Below, one piece after another: positions 17,124 through 27,425 of a DNA stretch of 53,574 nt; the stretch's first letter is position 1, and each line of letters starts with the position of its first letter. The position numbers were made by a program, and so were the translations under genes. The notes beneath the pieces were generated by a model, which had not been told where the DNA came from, did no database searches, and worked only from the letters and a program-made list of their open reading frames with translations. The stretch lies in the NCBI GenBank assembly GCA_013360215.1, contig JABWCP010000005.1, positions 186,001-239,574 on the forward strand, written 5' to 3'. The stretch comes from a bacterium (GTDB taxonomy: Bacteria; CLD3; SB21).

Positions 17124-18521
17124 ATGACTTCACTTTACAGACCTCTTGGTAATACAGGATATACTTGCCATCCTTTAGGTTTCGGCAGCTATCGGATAAA
17201 CGAGGACAATCCGGCGCATGAACGCGCGTTGCGTTCGTATATCCAGCACGGCGGCAATCTTATTGACACCAGCGCCAATTATGGCGATGGCGCTTCGGAG
17301 ACATTGATCGGAAAAATCCTCAGCGATATCAATCGCAGCAAAATGATCGTAGTTTCCAAAGGCGGATACATTCAAGGGCAGAATCTTGCTTTGGCGCAAA
17401 AGCATGATTTTCCGGAAGTCATCAAAGTGCAGGATAATCTCTGGCACTGCATTCATCCTGAGTTTTTGGAAACACAGATTGCCCTCTCTCTCCAACGCCT
17501 GCAATGTGATTACATGGACATCTATCTCCTGCACAACCCGGAATATTTTATCAATCATCAATCCAATTTCGGTCCGCTTGACGACACGGTACATGAAGCG
17601 TTTTATCGTCGTGTGCGCAGAGCTTTCGAATACCTGGAGTCGCAGGTTGCCCTGGGACGTATCCGATACTACGGCATAAGCTCCAATAATTTCGGTTATC
17701 ATGCGCAAGATCGCGCCCGCACGGACGTATCGCGCTGCTGGGCGATGGCAGAAGAAGTTTCACCCCATCATCATTTTCGTGTGGTACAAATGCCGATGAA
17801 TCCGTATGAAGCAGGGGGCGCCATCTATCCCACGCAAAACGGTTTGACGCCGTTGGAATTTTGTATCAAACACAACATCGGTGTTTTAATCAATCGTCCT
17901 CTGAACGCTTTTTATGATAACCGACTTATTCGAATCGCCGACTATGTGACTCCCGGACAAAATAAACCGGATATTTCCACGCTTCGCGACGAAATGCAGC
18001 CCCTGATTAATCTTGAAAACGAATTTAAACTGCGCTTCAACGGTACCCCGTTTGGCGATGAAGAGCAGGGCCTTGTTTCTTATTTGCTGTATATCGCCGA
18101 TGATCTTCCATCCAAAGAACATTGGAATACGGTGATAGACCGCTACATCGTACCGACGGTTACGCAATGGCTCCGCGATCAAAGTGCACTCTACAACGAT
18201 AGTATCGTTTGGAATGCTTGGCAGGAAAATTTTGTCAAAGCCGTCAATCTCGCATTGGATCGCGTCGAAAAGTATGTCGCCTACAGCGATCAGAAAGTTT
18301 CCGATCGCGTCCGTCAAAGGCTCATGGATTCCGGTTATCCGTCAAGTGATGCGTCGTTGAGCCAAATGGCATTGTCGCTGCTCATACAAACGCACGGCGT
18401 CTCTTGTGTACTCAACGGGATGCGCACCGAATCGTACGTCAAAGATGCCATGGCCGCACTGAATTTGCCTGCGGTGGATGCCAAATATATTTTAGAACAC
18501 TTTGATCAATCCATTCGCTAA
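17124..18521 (+). CDS. Aldo/keto reductase with a long helical insertion
   Basis: LGFGSYR, IDTSANYGDG.SE, SKGG, SL.RL..DY.DIYLLHNPE, YGISSN, LNGMR. Confidence 0.88.
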   Translation: MTSLYRPLGNTGYTCHPLGFGSYRINEDNPAHERALRSYIQHGGNLIDTSANYGDGASETLIGKILSDINRSKMIVVSKGGYIQGQNLALAQKHDFPEVIKVQDNLWHCIHPEFLETQIALSLQRLQCDYMDIYLLHNPEYFINHQSNFGPLDDTVHEAFYRRVRRAFEYLESQVALGRIRYYGISSNNFGYHAQDRARTDVSRCWAMAEEVSPHHHFRVVQMPMNPYEAGGAIYPTQNGLTPLEFCIKHNIGVLINRPLNAFYDNRLIRIADYVTPGQNKPDISTLRDEMQPLINLENEFKLRFNGTPFGDEEQGLVSYLLYIADDLPSKEHWNTVIDRYIVPTVTQWLRDQSALYNDSIVWNAWQENFVKAVNLALDRVEKYVAYSDQKVSDRVRQRLMDSGYPSSDASLSQMALSLLIQTHGVSCVLNGMRTESYVKDAMAALNLPAVDAKYILEHFDQSIR

Positions 18522-19496
18522 ATGAAAACGCTCAAGCTCAAGCCTACGGATGCAAATATCCGTAAAGCCGCGCGCATCCTACAGAAAGGCGGTTTGGTCG
18601 CACTGCCCACGGAGACGGTGTATGGTCTCGCAGCCAATGCGATGGACGCCAAGGCTGTTCGACGTATTTTCAAAGCGAAGGGAAGGCCTTCCGATAATCC
18701 ATTGATCGTACACATCGCCGATCGCCGGATGCTCAGTACTTTGGTGGACACGATCCCGGAACACGCGCGGTTGCTCATGCGTCATTTTTGGCCAGGACCG
18801 CTTACACTTGTACTTCGGCACAATGGTGCATTACCCTTGACCGTAACCGCCGGTTTATCCACGGTCGCTGTACGTTTACCGGGACTTGCTTTGACACGAA
18901 GGATCATTCGCTTATCCGGCGTACCCCTCGCCGCGCCGTCGTCCAATCGCTCCGGGCGACCAAGCCCTACGCAATCCGAACATGTACTTCATGATCTTGA
19001 CGGGCGCATTGAGGCCGTCATCGAAGGAGGCGTTTCCCGCGTCGGTATCGAATCTACAGTCGTAGATGTCACCGGAAAAATTCCGGTCATACTCCGCCCG
19101 GGCCATATCACGATTGAGGATATACGTCGTGTGTGCGGTCATGCCCGTTTGTCACACCACCGTCGGCATACCAGCGTACGTTCACCGGGTATGAAGTACC
19201 GTCATTATGCACCGGATACACCTGTACAAATCATCACACCAGAAAAAATCGAAGCCTATGCTAAACGCAACGCGCATCTTCGACTTGGTATCATGACCAT
19301 GCGTCGCGGTTTGCATATACCCAATGCCACTGTGATTTATATCGGTAACACACCGACACGCGCTGCGCGGCATGTTTTCGCTGCATTGCGAAAATTAGAC
19401 GGAAAAGTAGATCGTATTGTGTGTGAAGCATTGGAAGAAAAAGGGATCGGCCATGCCGTGATGAATCGCCTGAAAAAAGCAGCGAGTAAAAAATAA
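18522..19496 (+). CDS. sua5: L-threonylcarbamoyladenylate synthase (Sua5/YwlC type)
   Basis: PTETVYGL, KGRPSDNPLIVH, FWPGPLT, APSSN.SG.PSPT, SPGMKYRHYAP, and a C-terminal SUA5 domain (AVMNRLKKAA). Confidence 0.95.
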   Translation: MKTLKLKPTDANIRKAARILQKGGLVALPTETVYGLAANAMDAKAVRRIFKAKGRPSDNPLIVHIADRRMLSTLVDTIPEHARLLMRHFWPGPLTLVLRHNGALPLTVTAGLSTVAVRLPGLALTRRIIRLSGVPLAAPSSNRSGRPSPTQSEHVLHDLDGRIEAVIEGGVSRVGIESTVVDVTGKIPVILRPGHITIEDIRRVCGHARLSHHRRHTSVRSPGMKYRHYAPDTPVQIITPEKIEAYAKRNAHLRLGIMTMRRGLHIPNATVIYIGNTPTRAARHVFAALRKLDGKVDRIVCEALEEKGIGHAVMNRLKKAASKK

Positions 19497-19517
19497 ATTA
19501 TACGACGGAGATAAATC

Positions 19518-20078
19518 ATGCATCGGGAAGCAGCTTGGGCGCTTTTGTGCGAGTACACCAAAGGCGAAAGCCTTCGTAAACATGCTTTAGCCGTAGAATG
19601 TGCGGTTCGGGCTTATGCAGTAAAATTTGGCGAAGATGTTGAGTTGTGGAGTGTCACGGCGCTGTTGCATGATTTTGATTATGAGATGTTCCCGGATCCG
19701 GTTGCACCGAACGGACATCCCTACAAAGGAAACGAAATACTCAAAGACAAAGGTTACCCGGACGATGTGCGTCGTGCGATCATGTCCCACGCGGATTACA
19801 CCGGTGTTTCGCGCGACTCTTTGCTGGAAAAAACTCTCTTTGCTTGTGATGAATTGGCCGGTTTCATAACCGCCGTTGCGTATGTTCGTCCCACAAAGTC
19901 GGTAAAAGAAGTCGAGGTAAAATCCGTTCGAAAGAAAATGAAAGACAAGGCCTTTGCGGCCAAAGTCAATCGCGATGATATTATCAACGGAGCGGCCGCA
20001 CTCGGCATAGATCTGGATGAACATATCGCTTTTGTTATTAAAGCCATGCAAGATAATGCGGATTCGTTGGGATTATAG
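19518..20078 (+). CDS. HD/HDIG-domain metal-dependent hydrolase
   Basis: KH..AVE, LLHDFDYE, SH, ACDELAGF, KDKAFAAKVNR. Confidence 0.88.
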   Translation: MHREAAWALLCEYTKGESLRKHALAVECAVRAYAVKFGEDVELWSVTALLHDFDYEMFPDPVAPNGHPYKGNEILKDKGYPDDVRRAIMSHADYTGVSRDSLLEKTLFACDELAGFITAVAYVRPTKSVKEVEVKSVRKKMKDKAFAAKVNRDDIINGAAALGIDLDEHIAFVIKAMQDNADSLGL

Positions 20079-20087
20079 CGGATATTA

Positions 20088-23000
20088 TTAAACGGGGTGA
20101 TGACCCTTTGGTAAAACAGTGCGCATGGTTGTGCCTTTTCCAGTCTCCGATGACACATCAATATGTCCGCCATGTTTGTGGACGATACCGTATGCCTCCG
20201 ATAAACCTAATCCCCTCCCCTGACCTACCGGGCGCGTCGTAAAAAACGGGTCAAATATTTTCTTAAGATCATCGGGTGCGATACCGACACCGTTATCCGT
20301 GATGACGATAGATATCCACGCCTGATCGTGCGCCAGAGCCGATGTCGTTTGTACGGAAATAACACCGGAACCAGAGCGAATCACCGCCTGCGTTTCAGCT
20401 TCCCGTATCGCCTGCACCGCATTGGTCAATACATTAAAAAACACCTGATTCATTTCAGAGGCGTTAACATGAGCAATACAATCTTCGCCCAGTGAGGTAT
20501 CAATGCGAATGTCATTGTGTTGCTTGACAAACAAATCAATAATGCGGAGTAAATCCGCATTGATATCCGTTTCTTTGTAACCGCTTTCGCCGATACGGGC
20601 AAACTTTCGAAGGTTTTCGACAATATCACGGATGCGGCGCGAACCGGTAATACCATTGTTTATTTGCTCCAATAGTTCATGCATCCATCCGTGGGTTTCG
20701 GACGGAGAAGGAAGCGCTGTAGATTCGAGCGTATCACCACCTGCAGCATACCGGCGACGCATTTTTTCAACACTGTCTTTCAACCCTTCAAAGTTACCGT
20801 AAACGAAGGTTAACGGATTATTGATTTCATGTGCGATGCCGGCTGTCATTTGACCGAGCGAAGCCATTTTTTCAGATTGTACAAGTTGCGCCTGCGTGTC
20901 CCGAAGCCGCACGATCGTATCATTTAGTTCCTGATTGATCTTGGCCAGTTCACGTGCCTTTTCCAGTTCATGACGTTTGCGTTCATTTTGAATGCGTATG
21001 CGAACAAAAAGCATTAGGCTTAACACAACCAAACCCGTATAAACCGCATAAGCCCACCATGATTGCCACCAGGGCGGTGTGATACGAATAGTCAGGACAC
21101 ATGTATTTTCATTCCATATTCCATCGTGGTTAGTTGCGCGCACTTGGAATCGGTACGTACCGGGATCCAGATTGGTGTACGTTGCGATACGACGCCCGGC
21201 GTCGATATAATTCCAATCTTCGTCAAAGCCTTCCATTTTATAAGCGTACCTGTTTTTTTCAGGTTGCGTAAATGTCAATGCAGAGAATTTTAATCCGATT
21301 ACCGATTCGCGATAGGATAAGACGAGCTCTTCCAATTCGGATATCGCTTTGGGAAGTATAAATCCGTTATACGATTTTCCCACTTCTACCGTTTGATTGA
21401 ATAACTCCAGGCCGGTAATCACGACGGCAAATTTATCCGTATTATCTTTGATGCTGTCCGGATGAAAATAATCCAACCCATTAATTCCTCCGAAGTAAAA
21501 CCATCCGTCGTGCGAACGAAAATACGCATTCTGATTGTATTCATTATTGGCTAAACCATCGGTCATATCATAGTTCCGAAATGACTCCGATTGCGGATCA
21601 AATCGTGCGATACCGTAATTGGTACTTAGCCAAAGACGACGTTGTGTATCTTCAAGGATCCCATATATAACATCACTGATCAAACCTTGCCGGTGATTGT
21701 ATAGCCGCAGTGTGGACGAATCCGGATCCCATCTTTGCAAACCGACATCTGTACCGACCCACAAAACACCGTCATGATCTTCATAGATCGAACGAACACG
21801 ATTTCGTGAGTGACTGGAGGATCGCGGTGTGTTTGTCGCGAAATCCAAATCTATAAACCGGCGCTCCGTGGGGGCAAATGATTTTAATCCCCCGGCGGTG
21901 CCAATCCAAAGTTTGCCATCGCGGCCTGTATGCAAAGCTAGCACAGGATCATTGGAAAAATAACCGGGTTCACCCAAGGCCGGTTGAACTCTCTCAAAAT
22001 TTTTCTTCTTTTCATCAAAACGACAAAACCCGCCTCCGGTCGTACCAAACCACATAGTACCTTGTGCATCCTCAGCGATGGACCAGACACCATTATTGGG
22101 TAAAGAATTTTCTGACGAGGGATCATGTTTGTATATCGTAATCTTATTTGTCAATGAGTCCATGACGGCCAAGCCCGCTGCGCTTGTCCCTATCCACAAA
22201 CGCCCTTTGGTGTCACGGCGAATGATACGGATACGGTTTTCCGGCAACGATGATGCTGCGCTCGGTTCAGACGTAAAAACAAAAATAGATCCTGTGCGCG
22301 AATCTAAACGATTTAGCCCTTTGAATGTTCCGAGCCACATCGTTCCATCCGTATCTTTCCAAATACTACGAACACGGTTATCCGAAATGGATGCCGAATT
22401 ATGAGGGTCATGACGCATCGAACGAAAATCTTTTTTTCGTGTATCAAAAACATTCACTCCGCCGCTATATGTTCCTATCCACATACGTCCGGACCGATCA
22501 CAAAAAAACGCATAGAGACTGTTGTCACCTAAACTTGTAGCATCCTTCGCATCGTATTTGTACGAACTCACAATACGGCCCGTACGATCAATCGTGCGAA
22601 TACCGCTGCCAAATGTTCCGACCCATACCGTTTGATCGGTATTTTCCGTTAAAGCAAAAACGGCTCTGGACGTCAAGACCGAATCCTGCACGGATCGAAA
22701 ACGCCCTTGCTCCTGATCGCTGCGATCAAGAATACTCAAACCGTTATACGTGCCAATCCACAACGTACCGTATTGATCTTCTATAATAGTGCGAATGCGA
22801 TCATCCGCCAATGATGACGCATTACGAGAATCATGGCGATACACCTGCATCTGCATGGTTTGCGGATCCATACGATACAATCCGCCGCCAAAAGTACCGA
22901 CCCATAGTTTTCCATCCTGCGTCGCACGAAGACTCATGATTTCATTGGATGCAAGCGAAGTATTGCTCGTATCATAAATCGTGAAGGCATGCGTAGTTTG

Positions 23001-23513
23001 ATTAAGCATCGCTAGGCCACCACCAATCGTTCCAACCCATAATTTGCCGCGCGCATCTTCGGAGATGGCCCATACTCGACCGTGCGGAAGTGAACCGGGT
23101 TTACCTTTTCGTGGCGAATACCGAACAAATGATTGGCTTTGCCTGTCATAACAGTTAAGCCCGTCGCCATCCGTACCTATCCATAGTTTTCCGTTTCGGT
23201 CTTCATAGATTGTCTGAATCCAGTTATCTGAAATCGAAAGGCTATCTTGCGGATCATGACGAAATATTTTAAAACCGTATCCATCATAACGATTAAGCCC
23301 ATCTTGAGTACCCAACCATATGAACCCCAGTTTATCCTGCAAAAGACAATGGACGGCGCTTTGCGATAAACCTTCTTCGATAGAAATACGCTTGAACGTG
23401 GCCTGTTGACTAAAAACAGAAACAGGTAAACCCGCCAAACTGAACATCATTCCTGCAACGGCAGAAAAGAAAACAAAAACCGAACTCCGTTTTTTGGAAG
23501 CAAAGGTCATCAA
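20088..23513 (-). CDS. Membrane sensor histidine kinase with periplasmic beta-propellers (Reg_prop) and Y_Y_Y domain
   Basis: Repeated ED..G.LWIGT..GL, YTNLDPGTYRF, PPWWQSWW TM, AGIAHEINNP H-box, DNG.G / PFFTT / G.GLGL. Confidence 0.93.
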   Translation of the reverse strand: MMTFASKKRSSVFVFFSAVAGMMFSLAGLPVSVFSQQATFKRISIEEGLSQSAVHCLLQDKLGFIWLGTQDGLNRYDGYGFKIFRHDPQDSLSISDNWIQTIYEDRNGKLWIGTDGDGLNCYDRQSQSFVRYSPRKGKPGSLPHGRVWAISEDARGKLWVGTIGGGLAMLNQTTHAFTIYDTSNTSLASNEIMSLRATQDGKLWVGTFGGGLYRMDPQTMQMQVYRHDSRNASSLADDRIRTIIEDQYGTLWIGTYNGLSILDRSDQEQGRFRSVQDSVLTSRAVFALTENTDQTVWVGTFGSGIRTIDRTGRIVSSYKYDAKDATSLGDNSLYAFFCDRSGRMWIGTYSGGVNVFDTRKKDFRSMRHDPHNSASISDNRVRSIWKDTDGTMWLGTFKGLNRLDSRTGSIFVFTSEPSAASSLPENRIRIIRRDTKGRLWIGTSAAGLAVMDSLTNKITIYKHDPSSENSLPNNGVWSIAEDAQGTMWFGTTGGGFCRFDEKKKNFERVQPALGEPGYFSNDPVLALHTGRDGKLWIGTAGGLKSFAPTERRFIDLDFATNTPRSSSHSRNRVRSIYEDHDGVLWVGTDVGLQRWDPDSSTLRLYNHRQGLISDVIYGILEDTQRRLWLSTNYGIARFDPQSESFRNYDMTDGLANNEYNQNAYFRSHDGWFYFGGINGLDYFHPDSIKDNTDKFAVVITGLELFNQTVEVGKSYNGFILPKAISELEELVLSYRESVIGLKFSALTFTQPEKNRYAYKMEGFDEDWNYIDAGRRIATYTNLDPGTYRFQVRATNHDGIWNENTCVLTIRITPPWWQSWWAYAVYTGLVVLSLMLFVRIRIQNERKRHELEKARELAKINQELNDTIVRLRDTQAQLVQSEKMASLGQMTAGIAHEINNPLTFVYGNFEGLKDSVEKMRRRYAAGGDTLESTALPSPSETHGWMHELLEQINNGITGSRRIRDIVENLRKFARIGESGYKETDINADLLRIIDLFVKQHNDIRIDTSLGEDCIAHVNASEMNQVFFNVLTNAVQAIREAETQAVIRSGSGVISVQTTSALAHDQAWISIVITDNGVGIAPDDLKKIFDPFFTTRPVGQGRGLGLSEAYGIVHKHGGHIDVSSETGKGTTMRTVLPKGHHPV

Positions 23514-23684
23514 TAAAACCCGTATGAGTAAAAGGAAATGCTGCGTAATTAAATGAAAACCAAGGCGGCTTAACTTAATTCAAACCAATAAGTATCGCTA
23601 CTACATTTTGCATATAGTTTTTTGCAAATTGCTTTGAAGGGAATGCTTTATTATAGCGTGCATACCGAGGAGAGAACGTATTAT

Positions 23685-24812
23685 CTATGCATCATCTTCC
23701 GGATACAGTTTTTGTACACACTCGGGACAGATGCCATGCGTCAACATAGCTTTTGTGTTCGCTTCAATATAATATTCTAACTGATTCCAATAGCCTTTAT
23801 CATCGCGAATTTTTTTACACGATGCACATATCGGTAAAAGCCCGCTCAGCGTTTTGACTTCGCCCAAGGCCGCTTGCAATTCGGCAATCAGCTTTTCTCT
23901 TTCTTTTTCATGACGTTTACGTTCCATGATATCACGCGCAAACGTGATGATGTACTTTTTATCTTCATGCGTAAAAACGGATACCGACGCTTCAACATCT
24001 ACAAAGTCGCCGCTCTTATTACGTATCTGGAAATCATACAACGAAGGTACTTCTTCGCCCAATGAGCGGCGACGACCATACTCCAAAAGCCTCGGCAAAT
24101 CATGCGGTGCAGCCAATTCCGAAAGATGCAAACCCATCAATTCATCTGCGCTCGTTCGCCCAAACAGCCTTGCATAGGCCGTATTCATAAAAACAACTTT
24201 TTCGTTTTCTTCTACTAAAACACCGTCTCGTGAAGTTTCTAATATTTTGCGAATGTACATTTCACGGCGACGTGTTTCTTCGTCGGCAATCGTTTTTTCG
24301 TTTATCTGCGATTGCATATTCATAAGATGACGACGTAATTCCAATTGATCTTCTACCTGGTGCGCCAATGCGCGTAAAGCCTCTTTTTGTGCATCGCTCA
24401 GATCGCGCGGCTTATTATCTAAAACGCATAGTGAACCCAGCGCAAAACCGTCAAACGAAAAAAACGGCATGCCGGCATAAAACCGAAGTTGCGTCTCGCC
24501 GGTAACCAACGGATGATGTTTGAAACGTTTATCTTCGGACGCATCACGAACGATCAATAGTTCGTCGCCAAGAATCGTGTGAGAGCAAAATGCTACGTCG
24601 CGCGGTACGTGTACCGGCGGAAAACCTATCGATGATTTGACCCACTGACGATCGCTGTCTATCAATGTGATCATCGCGACCGGCGTCCCGCAGATATGGG
24701 AAGCCAAACGTGCCAAATCATCAAAACGTTGTTCCGACTCCGTATCCAAGATATGATACGAACGGAGACGTTTTACGCGTGCGTTATCGTGGGAGGTCTC
24801 TGTGGATTTCAT
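23685..24812 (-). CDS. GAF-PAS protein with C-terminal Cys/His-rich domain
   Basis: GAF (ILDT..E.RFD.L..LA, FC.HTI, RFYAG.P), PAS, then LPICASCKKIRDDKGYW...THGICPEC. Confidence 0.85.
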   Translation of the reverse strand: MKSTETSHDNARVKRLRSYHILDTESEQRFDDLARLASHICGTPVAMITLIDSDRQWVKSSIGFPPVHVPRDVAFCSHTILGDELLIVRDASEDKRFKHHPLVTGETQLRFYAGMPFFSFDGFALGSLCVLDNKPRDLSDAQKEALRALAHQVEDQLELRRHLMNMQSQINEKTIADEETRRREMYIRKILETSRDGVLVEENEKVVFMNTAYARLFGRTSADELMGLHLSELAAPHDLPRLLEYGRRRSLGEEVPSLYDFQIRNKSGDFVDVEASVSVFTHEDKKYIITFARDIMERKRHEKEREKLIAELQAALGEVKTLSGLLPICASCKKIRDDKGYWNQLEYYIEANTKAMLTHGICPECVQKLYPEDDA

Positions 24813-24829
24813 CGTAGCAATATACGATG

Positions 24830-25138
24830 TTAATGTATTGAGAGGGAAGAAATCTTTTTATCACTCCAGTTCCACCATTTCAATTTTTCCGGTTCCCGGT
24901 CCGGGTGCGATGCATAATAAACGGCACAGCGAAAAACATATAACATACAGCGATCTACGATCTCGCCACGCCGTGTACAAAAGTCCTCATACAGTTTTTC
25001 CGGATTTTTTTTGGCTAATTCGCCTACGGAACGAAAGCCCATATCCCAAAAGTCTTGGGCTATACTTTTGCCCACGCCTGGGATTTGCATAAATTCACGT
25101 ATTACGGATATTCTGTTCGTACGGTGTCGTGTTTTCAT
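24830..25138 (-). CDS. Helix-hairpin-helix protein, Cdd1/mitomycin-resistance-like
   Basis: IPGVGKSIA.D...G, P..LY, DRC.LYVFRCAVYYA, KWWNW.D. Confidence 0.82.
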   Translation of the reverse strand: MKTRHRTNRISVIREFMQIPGVGKSIAQDFWDMGFRSVGELAKKNPEKLYEDFCTRRGEIVDRCMLYVFRCAVYYASHPDREPEKLKWWNWSDKKISSLSIH

Positions 25139-25144
25139 AACCGA

Positions 25145-27424
25145 TCAAAACTGTATTGACCAACCGATCATATAACTCCGTCCGGGCATACGATACCGCT
25201 CGATCTCTTCGTATTGCGTATTCGTAATGTTTTGCACTGCTATATACACGCTACATTTGGGTACAAACTCCACGGAGAGTTTGCCATTCAAAACAAAAAA
25301 AGCGTCCGGTTCGCTCCCGGGATAAATGGAAACTTCACGAATGGCGCTGTTATAACGACCATTGAGATTAAGACTGACCGGCTCGTAGCCAGCGTCTATG
25401 TTAAAATTGAATGAATGTTTGGCTTTGTACGGCAGATCATGATTGCCTGAAGTATAACCGACATCGCGGGTTCCCGCATCTTTGGATATGTCCCGCGCAT
25501 CAAGTAATGTATATCCCGCCGAAGCATTGAGATACTGTTTGTAAAAAACGTGGATGCTCGCTTCGACGCCGCGCATGCGGGCACGATTGAGATTGACGAC
25601 TTTGTAATATCCTTGATACGCCACCGCCGTATCGGCAATATACGCGATCATGTTTTTGTATTCATTCCAGAATAGCGAAATATCGTACGATGTAAAATCT
25701 GTGATTTTAAATTTGGTCCCGACTTCAAACGACGCGTAGAGTTTTTCCGATTTGAGATTAGGGTTCTGATGAAAGTGCAAATTGCCACCCTGTTCGTATT
25801 TGATATAACGTTCGGCGATGGACGGGTTACGAAACGCCTGCGCTACCAAAGCACGAACCGACCAATCTTTTTGAATTTCATATACGGTTGAAACCTTAGG
25901 ACTAAAATTACCCTCGCCATATCCATCGACAATTTTGTTGTAATCATAGCGAAGACCGAATGTCGTCGTGAGGCGATCGCTGAGTTTGATTTCATCTTGA
26001 GAATATGCGGCTACATTATACGCTGTATGTTTACCATACAATGTATTGGCCGGCCTTGCATCCACAAAATCCAGCTGCATTTCCATACCTGAAATCATGT
26101 AGTGCCGTTCGGACATATAATAGTCAAACTGTGTTACATTACCGATACGATGATTATTGATCGAAGTCTGGCGGATACGTTCGTTACCCATTCGGCTCGA
26201 ATCTTTCCAAAACGTGTACTCGGAATTATTCGTGTAATAATAGAACCGCGATGAGTATTTCAATTCTGAAGTCGGTATCGAATAATAATATAAGTCCGTG
26301 CTAAATTCGCTCCGTTTCTGGCGATTATCCAGTTTTGCCGGTGCGACATGATACGGCTGTAAAAAACTGAGCCACGTGGCCGGATAGTCATTAGCCACAT
26401 GATTATAATTCATTGCGAGTTGCAGATTTTTATTATTAGCAAAATGATACGCTGTTTTACCGTAAAGATTGATCATATCAAATTCTGTATTTTGACGATG
26501 GCCGTCGTTGTGGCGGTGACCAGCCTCGATAAGATACGATAAGTTACCGACGCGGCGACTATGTGCTACTTCGATTGTGTTAAATGCATTATACGCATCG
26601 TAACCGGTCCAGCCGGGAGCTTTCTCATAAAAACCATCTTCGGTATGAATCCGTGTCACAGCAACCGGTGACGGATTTTTAGTAATAACATTGATCACAC
26701 CGCCCATTGCCGATGACCCATACAGCGAGGAATAAGCGCCTTTGACTACTTCAATACGCTCGATGGAGTTGGTCGGAACCAAATTCCACAACGCACCGCC
26801 GGATTCCGGGCTCAACGCAGGTCGTCCGTCTATAAGCAGCAGCACACGGTTGCCGACGCCTGCACCCGCCACTTCCGATGAGCCGCGAATCGAAACCGCC
26901 TGCACATTGGATCCCGAAGAGCGGGTCAATTGTACACTGGGCGCAGACTCAATCGCCTGATCAAAGGTCGAAATATTTTTTTTCTGCATCTCTTCGGCGG
27001 TGATCACACCGACGCTGGCCGGCGCCAAATTGGCTGTGGTCTCCTTACGTGTCGCCGACACGACGATCTCTTCAGATGTGATTTCCGAAACGGCCAAACG
27101 TACCTCTATATGCGTCGTTTCACCGGTTTTTACTTTCACATTATCTAAGGCTTTTTTTTCGTATCCGATATACGTTGCGACGATCGTATAGATCCCTTGG
27201 GGCACTTTGATTATTTTAAAAAAACCCTCCGCATCGGAAACGGCACCGAGTATAGTACCGGCCACAGCCACATTCGCATATGCCAGCGGTGCACCGGAAT
27301 TTTCTTCTGTTACTCGACCGCTGATTACACCGATCGTTTTGTTCTCGGTCTCGTTACCATTACCGGCAAATATACTAGAACAACCAAAAAGAAAGATGAT
27401 ACCTATCCATCGAAACCATTTCAT
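25145..27424 (-). CDS. TonB-dependent receptor with N-terminal carboxypeptidase-regulatory-like domain
   Basis: Signal peptide, ISGRV...PL.YANV, VVSATR TonB box, IRG...LIDG, IERIEVVKGAYSSLYGS.AMGGVIN plug, C-terminal Phe. Confidence 0.93.
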   Translation of the reverse strand: MKWFRWIGIIFLFGCSSIFAGNGNETENKTIGVISGRVTEENSGAPLAYANVAVAGTILGAVSDAEGFFKIIKVPQGIYTIVATYIGYEKKALDNVKVKTGETTHIEVRLAVSEITSEEIVVSATRKETTANLAPASVGVITAEEMQKKNISTFDQAIESAPSVQLTRSSGSNVQAVSIRGSSEVAGAGVGNRVLLLIDGRPALSPESGGALWNLVPTNSIERIEVVKGAYSSLYGSSAMGGVINVITKNPSPVAVTRIHTEDGFYEKAPGWTGYDAYNAFNTIEVAHSRRVGNLSYLIEAGHRHNDGHRQNTEFDMINLYGKTAYHFANNKNLQLAMNYNHVANDYPATWLSFLQPYHVAPAKLDNRQKRSEFSTDLYYYSIPTSELKYSSRFYYYTNNSEYTFWKDSSRMGNERIRQTSINNHRIGNVTQFDYYMSERHYMISGMEMQLDFVDARPANTLYGKHTAYNVAAYSQDEIKLSDRLTTTFGLRYDYNKIVDGYGEGNFSPKVSTVYEIQKDWSVRALVAQAFRNPSIAERYIKYEQGGNLHFHQNPNLKSEKLYASFEVGTKFKITDFTSYDISLFWNEYKNMIAYIADTAVAYQGYYKVVNLNRARMRGVEASIHVFYKQYLNASAGYTLLDARDISKDAGTRDVGYTSGNHDLPYKAKHSFNFNIDAGYEPVSLNLNGRYNSAIREVSIYPGSEPDAFFVLNGKLSVEFVPKCSVYIAVQNITNTQYEEIERYRMPGRSYMIGWSIQF

Positions 27425-27425
27425 A

